Positions 12,663-22,900 of a stretch of 64,000 bases of DNA are shown here, one piece after another. The notes beneath the pieces are model-generated. The model was not told the DNA's origin. It was given only the letters and a program-made list of their open reading frames with translations, and did not search any database. The stretch lies in NCBI GenBank assembly GCA_040954595.2, contig CM082586.2:11563337-11627336 (forward strand). Direction: 5' to 3'. The DNA comes from Balanoglossus misakiensis. Lineage: Eukaryota > Animalia > Hemichordata. Within the stretch, counting starts at the first letter, position 1; each line of letters opens with the position of its first letter. The translations under genes and the position numbers were made by a program.

Positions 12663-13060
12663 TGTTTATTGGGAATTGGTATTGTTTATCTGACATAATT
12701 GTTCTTTCTACTCTGTATACAAAGTCACAACTTCACAACTACCAAATGCTATTGTTCTTGAATTATGCAGTGTTACCAAATGTCACAGATCAAACCACTG
12801 TATATAAAGAAGTATTGGCCATCCCGCCCCTCTCTCTTCATTCTGAACCTATTCCCAAGTGTACGCGGTACATTTGTTGGTGCCGAGACCAGGATGTCGG
12901 GCATGGAGAGAGATAGAGAAGAACAGCAGAAGTGGCCACTGCAGTCAAATGACCAAACTCATCCGTAGGGTTGACGATATAAACACAGGCGAAGTTCCTC
13001 AACAGATCGTTTTCCTAAAGGCCATAATTTGAAACATGATAGAGAAACTCAAGATTTACA
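12663..13060 (+). mobile_element. 5' fragment of a further BEL/Pao element: LTR of about 210 bp (12663-12872), PBS (12878-12895) and degenerate gag start
   Basis: TGT...ACA segment with TATATAAA at about 12801, then TGGTGCCGAGACCAGGAT and an ATG at 12894. The downstream frame KNSRSGHCSQMTKLIRRVDD resembles the BEL #2 gag start KRSRRGQRAQVTRLFNRADT. Confidence 0.78.
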
Positions 13061-13672
13061 AGCACTGACCCTGTCAATGCTTGGAAATTTCCAGGCTCTC
13101 ACATTCCCCGAGTGTCTGGAAATTTCCGGCCACTGACCCTTGTCAGTGCTTGGAAATTTCTAAGCTCTCACATTCCCTGAGTGTTTGGAAATTTCCGACC
13201 ACTGACCCTTGTCAGTGCTTGGAAATTTCTAAGCTCTCACATTCCCTGAGTGTTTGGAAATTTCCGACCACTGACCCTGTCAATGCTTGGAAATTTCCAG
13301 GCTCTCACATTCCCCGAGTGTCTGGAAATTTCCGACCACTGACCCTGTCGATGCTTGGAAATTTCCAGGCTCTCACATTCCCTGAGTGTCTGGAAATTTC
13401 CGACCACTGACCCTTGTCAGTGCTTGGAAATTTCTAAGCTCTCACATTCCCTGAGTGTTTGGAAATTTCCGACCACTGACCCTTGTCAGTGCTTGGAAAT
13501 TTCCAGGCTCTCACATTCCCTGAGTGTCTGGAAATTTCCGACCACTGACCCTTGTCAGTGCTTGGAAATTTCCAGGCTCTCACATTCCCTGAGTGTCTGG
13601 AAATTTCCGACCACTGACCCTTGTCAGTGCTTGGAAATTTCCAGGCTCTCACATTTCCAAGCACTGACCCTT
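13058..13672 (-). repeat. 69-bp minisatellite, about 9 copies, inverted relative to the left arm (right arm)
   Basis: Reverse complement of the left-arm unit (GGAAATTTCCAGGCTCTCACATTCCCTGAGTGTCTGGAAATTTCCGACCACTGACCCTTGTCAGTGCTT). Confidence 0.97.
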
Positions 13673-13963
13673 CTGGAGTGACTAGCAATTTTTGCAAATT
13701 GTACTATTAATTGAATTCATAATTTATTTATTAGTTTTTTTCAATGAAATATTCAAATCCATACAAACCAAAGATGGCTCCTTCATTATTTCTATGGAAA
13801 TTTCACAGTTTATTCTTTTCTTTCTGCACACTCGCAAACATCTTGAAAATAATCATAGAAAAATATCGAAATATATTGTACTGTGAACAAAACACTAATT
13901 TCCTTGAAAAAAGTTTAAAAAACGGCTACTTTTCGGAAATTGGAAAATGTTTTCTATACTGTT

Positions 13964-16900
13964 AGAGCCAGGCCGAAGGAAATCCGACTTGATCACCGTT
14001 GCTAACGAACGCTAGTGTCTGTCATGGTGTGCCGGGGTTTTAGTCGAGCCAGGCCGTAGGAGATCTGACTTGATCATCGTGGTCAATGTACGCGTGTTTC
14101 CGCTCGAAAGTGCCGGGGCTTCAGCTAAACCAGGCCGTAGGAAATCCGACGTAATCACCGTTGATAACTTACGCCAGTCTGTGTCATATAGAGCCGGTGC
14201 ACCAGCCGAGTCACGCCGTAGGAAATCTGCCTTGATCAACGTGGTCAATGTTAGCCTGTTTCTGCTCTAGAGTGCCGGGGCTTTATCCAAGCCATGCCGT
14301 AGAAAATCTGACTTGATCACCGTTGCTTACGTACGCTAGTGTCTGTCATATTGTGACGGAGATTTAGCCGAGCCAGGCCGTAGAAAAATTGACTTGTTCA
14401 ACGTTACCAGTGTGCAACTGTTTCTGCTCTAGAGTATCAGGGTTTTAGCTGACTTATGCTGTAGGAAATCTGAGTTGATGAACTGGAATTCAATGTTAGA
14501 AAACCTGTGTGGAAAGTATCTCTACCCGTTTGAAACTAAGAAAAGAATTTATTCTTATTTATTTTGTAAAAAAGACAATTTTTCGAAAAAAAAGTCGAAA
14601 ATGGTAATTTTGTCTTGGGTGATTTAAATTATACCGCCTTTTCTGGAATTTGCAGCACTTTTTACAAGAGAACGACACTTCATGCTCCATAATATTTCCG
14701 AAAATGAAGAAAAGAGTTAATTTTTTATGATTTTTTAAAAAATTACCATTTTTGTCAAAATATGGCCAAAATGGCTATTTTTTCTTGAATTCCGTCAATA
14801 TCTCTGCATTTTTGGAGTGGTCGAAAGTTTTAACATACAATCAACATGTCATATATGATCAGGGCACCAAATTCGAAGAACAAAGGTTTTTTTATTTGTT
14901 TTTCTAAAAATGACATTTTCAAGGAAAATTTGGTAAAACGCAATTTTGTCTGCAGTGAGCCAAATTAGACGGTCTTTTGTGGAATTTGTATCGATATATA
15001 CATACGAAGAGCATTCTATACTCCATCAGATTTCCGAAAATGTAGAAAACAGGTTTTTTTGTAATTTTCAAAAATTTACCATTTTGACCAAATTGTGGCT
15101 AAAATTGTTATTTTCGTGTTGAATGCCGCCAGTGTCACTGCTTTTAAAAGTCATAAAAACGTTTAACATACAAGCAATTGTTTATATATGATCAGGTCAC
15201 CGAATTAAAAAAATAAAGAATGTTTTGCCTAAAAATGACCTTTTTGGTGCAAAAACGAATAAAACGCAATTTTGTATTAAATCAGCTCATTCAGAGTGCA
15301 TTTTTTATAATCAGCACCATTTTTACATATAATGGAAATTTCATACATCATCAGATATCCAAATATGAAAAAAATGATTTAGATTTTAGATGATTGTCCA
15401 AAATTAGCTGATATCAAATAAATGTAGTATTGAACCGTTCTGTTTCCCCCCCCCCCTACACTATATGCGGTACGCCGATGTCAGCTTACCCGGCAGTACT
15501 GCAGGCCGTGCCCCCAACTAACGTCGGTGTTTGAAACGCCCTGGTTAAATTCGGGCTTTCTCTATAAATTGACAGGTAATAATGCAGTCCTACCCGAACA
15601 AATGTCGAGTGTTGACCCGCTGTGACTTTCCCTCTTCGGTTTGCCCGTCTTAGCCAACGTCTTTGTACTAGAGTGTCGGGTCTTTTGCAGAGCCAGGCCG
15701 AAGGAAATCCGACTTGATCACCGTTGCTAACGAACGCTAGTGTCTGTCATGGTGTGCCGGGGTTTTAGTCGAGCCAGGCCGTAGGAGATCTGACTTGATC
15801 ATCGTGGTCAATGTACGCGTGTTTCCGCTCGAAAGTGCCGGGGCTTCAGCTAAACCAGGCCGTAGGAAATCCGACGTAATCACCGTTGATAACTTACTCC
15901 AGTCTGTGTCATATAGAGCCGGTGCACCAGCGGAGTCACGCCGTAGGAAATCTGGCTTGATCAACGTGGTCAATGTACGCCTGTTTCTGCTCTAGAGTGC
16001 CGGGGCTTCAGCTGAGCCAGGCCGTAGGAAACCCGACGTGATTACCGTTGTTAACTTACGCCAGTCTGTGTCCTATATATAGTGCCGTGGCATCAGCCGT
16101 GCCAGGCCGAAGAAAATGTGAGTAGATCAACGTGGTCTCTGTACGCGTGTTTCTGCTCTAGAGTGCCAGGGCTTTAGCCAAGGCATGCCGTAGGAAATCT
16201 CACTTGATCAACGTTGCTAACGAACGCTAGTGTCTGTCATAGTGTGCTGGGGTTTTAGTCGAGCCAAGCCGTAGGAGATCAGACTTGATCAACGTGGTCT
16301 CTGTACGCGTGTTTCTGCTCTAGAGTGCCGGGGCTTTATCCAAGCCATGCCGTAGAAAATCTGACTTGATCACCGTTGCTAACGTACGCTAGTGTCTGTC
16401 ATATTGTGTCGGAGATTTAGCCGAGCCAGGCCGTAGAAAAATCGACTTGTTCAACGTTACCAGTGTGCAACTGTTTCTGCTCTAGAGTGTCAGGGTTTTA
16501 GCCGACTTATGCTGTAGGAAATCTGAGTTGATGAACGGGAATTCAATGTTAGAAAACCCGTGTGGAAAGTATCTCTACCCGTTTGAAACTAAGAAAAGAG
16601 TTTATTCTTATTTATTTTGTAAAAAAAGACAATTTTTCGAAAAAAAGTCGAAAATGGTAATTTTGTCTTGGGTGATTCAAATTATACCGCCTTTTCTGGA
16701 ATTTGCAGCCCTTTTTACAAGAGAACGGCACTTCATGCTCCATAATATTTCCGAAAATGAAGAAAAGAGTTAATTTTTTATGATTTTTTAAAAATTTACC
16801 ATTTTTGTCAAAATATGGCCAAAATGGCTATTTTTTCTTGAATTCCGTCAATATCTCTGCATTTTTGGAGTGGTCGAAAGTTTTAACATACAATCAACAT

Positions 16901-19900
16901 GTCATATATGATCAGGGCACCAAATTCGAAGAACAAAGGTTTTTTTATTTTTTTTCTAAAAATGACATTTTTAAGGAAAATTGAGTAAAACGCAATTTTG
17001 TCTGCAGTGAGCCAAATTAGACGGTCTTTTGTGGAATTTGTATCGATATATACATACGAAGAGCATTCTATACTCCATCAGATTTCCGAAAATGTAGAAA
17101 ACAGGTATTTTTTGTAATTTTCAAAAATTTACCATTTTGACCAAATTGTGGCTAAAATTGTTATTTTCGTGTTGAATGCCGCCAGTGTCACTGCTTTTAA
17201 AAGTCATAAAAACTTTTAGCATACAAGCAATTGTTTATATATGATCAGGTCACCGAATTAAAAAAATAAAGAATGTTTTGCCTAAAAATGACCTTTTTGG
17301 TGCAAAAACGAATAAAACGCAATTTTGTATTAAATCAGCTCATTCAGAGTGCATTTTTATAATCAGCACCATTTTTACGTATAATGGAAATTTCATACAT
17401 CATCAGATATCCAAATATGAAAAAAATGATTTAGATTTTAGATGATTGTCCAAAATTAGCTGATATCAAATAAATGTAGTATTGAACCGTTCTGTCCCCC
17501 CCCCCCTACACTATATGCGGTACGCCGATGTCAGCTTACCCGGCAGTACTGCAGGCCGTGCCCCCAACTAACGTCGGTGTTTGAAACGCCCTTGTTAAAT
17601 TCGGGCTTTCTCTATAAATTGACAGGCAATAATGCAGTCCTACCCGAACAAATGTCGAGTGTTGACCCGCTGTGACTTTCCCTCTTCGGTTTGCCCGTCT
17701 TAGCCAACGTCTTTGTACTAGAGTGTCGGGTCTTTTGCAGAGCCAGGCCGAAGGAAATCCGACTTGATCACCGTTGCTAACGAACGCTAGTGTCTGTCAT
17801 GGTGTGCCGGGGTTTTAGTCGAGCCAGGCCGTAGGAGATCTGACTTAATCACCGTGGTCAATGTACGCGTGTTTCCGCTCGAAAGTGCCGGGGCTTCAGC
17901 TAAACCAGGCCGTAGGAAATCCGACGTAATCACCGTTGATAACTTACTCCAGTCTATGTCATATAGAGCCGGTGCACCAGCGGAGTCACGCCGTAGGAAA
18001 TCTGGCTTGATCAACGTGGTCTCTGTACGCGTGTTTCTGCTCTAGAGTGCCGGGGCTTTATCCAAGCCATGCCGTAGAAAATCTGACTTGATCACCGTTG
18101 CTAACGTACGCTAGTGTCTGTCATATTGTGTCGGAGATTTAGCCGAGCCAGGCCGTAGAAAAATCGACTTGTTCAACGTTACCAGTGTGCAACTGTTTCT
18201 GCTCTAGAGTGTCAGGGTTTTAGCCGACTTATGCTGTAGGAAATCTGAGTTGATGAACGGGAATTCAATGTTAGAAAACCCGTGTGGAAAGTATCTCTAC
18301 CCGTTTGAAACTAAGAAAAGAGTTTATTCTTATTTATTTTGTAAAAAAAGACAATTTTTCGAAAAAAAGTCGAAAATGGTAATTTTGTCTTGGGTGATTC
18401 AAATTATACCGCCTTTTCTGGAATTTGCAGCCCTTTTTACAAGAGAACGGCACTTCATGCTCCATAATATTTCCGAAAATGAAGAAAAGAGTTAATTTTT
18501 TATGATTTTTTAAAAATTTACCATTTTTGTCAAAATATGGCCAAAATGGCTATTTTTTCTTGAATTCCGTCAATATCTCTGCATTTTTGGAGTGGTCGAA
18601 AGTTTTAACATACAATCAACATGTCATATATGATCAGGGCACCAAATTCGAAGAACAAAGGTTTTTTTATTTTTTTTCTAAAAATGACATTTTTAAGGAA
18701 AATTGAGTAAAACGCAATTTTGTCTGCAGTGAGCCAAATTAGACGGTCTTTTGTGGAATTTGTATCGATATATACATACGAAGAGCATTCTATACTCCAT
18801 CAGATTTCCGAAAATGTAGAAAACAGGTATTTTTTGTAATTTTCAAAAATTTACCATTTTGACCAAATTGTGGCTAAAATTGTTATTTTCGTGTTGAATG
18901 CCGCCAGTGTCACTGCTTTTAAAAGTCATAAAAACTTTTAGCATACAAGCAATTGTTTATATATGATCAGGTCACCGAATTAAAAAAATAAAGAATGTTT
19001 TGCCTAAAAATGACCTTTTTGGTGCAAAAACGAATAAAACGCAATTTTGTATTAAATCAGCTCATTCAGAGTGCATTTTTATAATCAGCACCATTTTTAC
19101 GTATAATGGAAATTTCATACATCATCAGATATCCAAATATGAAAAAAATGATTTAGATTTTAGATGATTGTCCAAAATTAGCTGATATCAAATAAATGTA
19201 GTATTGAACCGTTCTGTCCCCCCCCCCCCTACACTATATGCGGTACGCCGATGTCAGCTTACCCGGCAGTACTGCAGGCCGTGCCCCCAACTAACGTCGG
19301 TGTTTGAAACGCCCTTGTTAAATTCGGGCTTTCTCTATAAATTGACAGGCAATAATGCAGTCCTACCCGAACAAATGTCGAGTGTTGACCCGCTGTGACT
19401 TTCCCTCTTCGGTTTGCCCGTCTTAGCCAACGTCTTTGTACTAGAGTGTCGGGTCTTTTGCAGAGCCAGGCCGAAGGAAATCCGACTTGATCACCGTTGC
19501 TAACGAACGCTAGTGTCTGTCATGGTGTGCCGGGGTTTTAGTCGAGCCAGGCCGTAGGAGATCTGACTTAATCACCGTGGTCAATGTACGCGTGTTTCCG
19601 CTCGAAAGTGCCGGGGCTTCAGCTAAACCAGGCCGTAGGAAATCCGACGTAATCACCGTTGATAACTTACTCCAGTCTATGTCATATAGAGCCGGTGCAC
19701 CAGCGGAGTCACGCCGTAGGAAATCTGGCTTGATCAACGTGGTCAATGTACGCCTGTTTCTGCTCTAGAGTGTCGGGGCTTCAGCTGAGCCAGGCCGTAG
19801 GAAACCCGACGTGATTACCGTTGTTAACTTACGCCAGTCTGTGTCCTATATATAGTGCCGGGGCATCAGCCGTGCCAGGCCGAAGAAAATGTGAGTAGAT

Positions 19901-22900
19901 CAACGTGGTCTCTGTACGCGTGTTTCTGCTCTAGAGTGCCAGGGCTTTAGCCAAGGCATGCCGTAGGAAATCCGACTTGATCACCGTTGCTAACGAACGC
20001 TAGTGTCTGTCATGGTGTGCCGGGGTTTTAGTCGAGCCAGGCCGTAGGAGATCTGACTTGATCATCGTGGTCAATGTACGCGTGTTTCCGCTCGAAAGTG
20101 CCGGGGCTTCAGCTAAACCAGGCCGTAGGAAATCCGACGTAATCACCGTTGATAACTTACGCCAGTCTGTGTCATATAGAGCCGGTGCACCAGCCGAGTC
20201 ACGCCGTAGGAAATCTGCCTTGATCAACGTGGTCAATGTTAGCCTGTTTCTGCTCTAGAGTGCCGGGGCTTTATCCAAGCCATGCCGTAGAAAATCTGAC
20301 TTGATCACCGTTGCTTACGTACGCTAGTGTCTGTCATATTGTGACGGAGATTTAGCCGAGCCAGGCCGTAGAAAAATTGACTTGTTCAACGTTACCAGTG
20401 TGCAACTGTTTCTGCTCTAGAGTATCAGGGTTTTAGCCGACTTATGCTGTAGGAAATCTGAGTTGATGAACTGGAATTCAATGTTAGAAAACCTGTGTGG
20501 AAAGTATCTCTACCCGTTTGAAACTAAGAAAAGAATTTATTCTTATTTATTTTGTAAAAAAGACAATTTTTCGAAAAAAAAGTCGAAAATGGTAATTTTG
20601 TCTTGGGTGATTTAAATTATACCGCCTTTTCTGGAATTTGCAGCACTTTTTACAAGAGAACGACACTTCATGCTCCATAATATTTCCGAAAATGAAGAAA
20701 AGAGTTAATTTTTTATGATTTTTTAAAAAATTACCATTTTTGTCAAAATATGGCCAAAATGGCTATTTTTTCTTGAATTCCGTCAATATCTCTGCATTTT
20801 TGGAGTGGTCGAAAGTTTTAACATACAATCAACATGTCATATATGATCAGGGCACCAAATTCGAAGAACAAAGGTTTTTTTATTTGTTTTTCTAAAAATG
20901 ACATTTTCAAGGAAAATTTGGTAAAACGCAATTTTGTCTGCAGTGAGCCAAATTAGACGGTCTTTTGTGGAATTTGTATCGATATATACCTACGAAGAGC
21001 ATTCTATACTCCATCAGATTTCCGAAAATGTAGAAAACAGGTTTTTTTGTAATTTTCAAAAATTTACCATTTTGACCAAATTGTGGCTAAAATTGTTATT
21101 TTCGTGTTGAATGCCGCCAGTGTCACTGCTTTTAAAAGTCATAAAAACGTTTAACATACAAGCAATTGTTTATATATGATCAGGTCACCGAATTAAAAAA
21201 ATAAAGAATGTTTTGCCTAAAAATGACCTTTTTGGTGCAAAAACGAATAAAACGCAATTTTGTATTAAATCAGCTCATTCAGAGTGCATTTTTTATAATC
21301 AGCACCATTTTTACATATAATGGAAATTTCATACATCATCAGATATCCAAATATGAAAAAAATGATTTAGATTTTAGATGATTGTCCAAAATTAGCTGAT
21401 ATCAAATAAATGTAGTATTGAACCGTTCTGTTTCCCCCCCCCCCCCCTACACTATACGCGGTACGCCGATGTCAGCTTACCCGGCAGTACTGCAGGCCGT
21501 GCCCCCAACTAACGTCGGTGTTTGAAACGCCCTGGTTAAATTCGGGCTTTCTCTATAAATTGACAGGTAATAATGCAGTCCTACCCGAACAAATGTCGAG
21601 TGTTGACCCGCTGTGACTTTCCCTCTTCGGTTTGCCCGTCTTAGCCAACGTCTTTGTACTAGAGTGTCGGGTCTTTTGCAGAGCCAGGCCGAAGGAAATC
21701 CGACTTGATCACCGTTGCTAACGAACGCTAGTGTCTGTCATGGTGTGCCGGGGTTTTAGTCGAGCCAGGCCGTAGGAGATCTGACTTGATCATCGTGGTC
21801 AATGTACGCGTGTTTCCGCTCGAAAGTGCCGGGGCTTCAGCTAAACCAGGCCGTAGGAAATCCGACGTAATCACCGTTGATAACTTACTCCAGTCTGTGT
21901 CATATAGAGCCGGTGCACCAGCGGAGTCACGCCGTAGGAAATCTGGCTTGATCAACGTGGTCAATGTACGCCTGTTTCTGCTCTAGAGTGCCGGGGCTTC
22001 AGCTGAGCCAAGCCGTAGGAAACCCGACGTGATTACCGTTGTTAACTTACGCCAGTCTGTGTCCTATATATAGTGCCGTGGCATCAGCCGTGCCAGGCCG
22101 AAGAAAATGTGAGTAGATCAACGTGGTCTCTGTACGCGTGTTTCTGCTCTAGAGTGCCAGGGCTTTAGCCAAGGCATGCCGTAGGAAATCTCACTTGATC
22201 AACGTTGCTAACGAACGCTAGTGTCTGTCATAGTGTGCCGGGGTTTTAGTCGAGCCAAGCCGTAGGAGATCAGACTTGATCAACGTGGTCTCTGTACGCG
22301 TGTTTCTGCTCTAGAGTGCCGGGGCTTTATCCAAGCCATGCCGTAGAAAATCTGACTTGATCACCGTTGCTAACGTACGCTAGTGTCTGTCATATTGTGT
22401 CGGAGATTTAGCCGAGCCAGGCCGTAGAAAAATCGACTTGTTCAACGTTACCAGTGTGCAACTGTTTCTGCTCTAGAGTGTCAGGGTTTTAGCCGACTTA
22501 TGCTGTAGGAAATCTGAGTTGATGAACGGGAATTCAATGTTAGAAAACCCGTGTGGAAAGTATCTCTACCCGTTTGAAACTAAGAAAAGAATTTATTCTT
22601 ATTTATTTTGTAAAAAAAGACAATTTTTCGAAAAAAAGTCGAAAATGGTAATTTTGTCTTGGGTGATTCAAATTATACCGCCTTTTCTGGAATTTGCAGC
22701 CCTTTTTACAAGAGAACGGCACTTCATGCTCCATAATATTTCCGAAAATGAAGAAAAGAGTTAATTTTTTATGATTTTTTAAAAATTTACCATTTTTGTC
22801 AAAATATGGCCAAAATGGCTATTTTTTCTTGAATTCCGTCAATATCTCTGCATTTTTGGAGTGGTCGAAAGTTTTAACATACAATCAACATGTCATATAT

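Larger units (their letters stand above)
10961..13963. mobile_element. Foldback-type non-autonomous DNA element, about 3.0 kb, perfect 34-bp TIRs, inverted internal minisatellite arms
   Basis: AACAGTATAGAAAACATTTTCCAATTTCCGAAAA at 10961-10994 is the reverse complement of 13930-13963. There is no transposase ORF and no TSD, because the two flanks are different sequences. Confidence 0.88.

Noticed and set aside
11393-13697. 23-aa Cys-containing repeat proteins (EISRLSHSLSVWKFPTTDPCQCL)
   Set aside because: These are translations of a 69-bp minisatellite present in both orientations, and 1-bp indel units break the frame.
15480-15640. U1 snRNA-like words in the spacer (cttacccggcag; gtgttgacccgctgtgactttccc), suggesting an snRNA tandem array
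   Set aside because: The spacing is about 50 nt too long, and the U1 loop I, loop II and Sm site are absent. No 5S or SL RNA signature was seen either. An Infernal/Rfam scan would settle it.
11495-16520. CRISPR-like repeat/spacer array in the 69-bp or 81-bp repeats
   Set aside because: The intervening sequences are themselves repeated rather than unique spacers, there are no cas genes, and the context is eukaryotic.
15690-16520. 81-bp monomer as a tRNA-derived or Pol III unit (TAGCCGAGCCAGG resembles an A box)
   Set aside because: There is no B box (GTTCRA), no anticodon or acceptor stem pairing, and no cloverleaf.
16515-16565. Hammerhead ribozyme core in the satellite (ctgagttgatga...gaaa)
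   Set aside because: There is no exact CUGANGA followed by a closed stem II and GAAA with compatible flanking helices.
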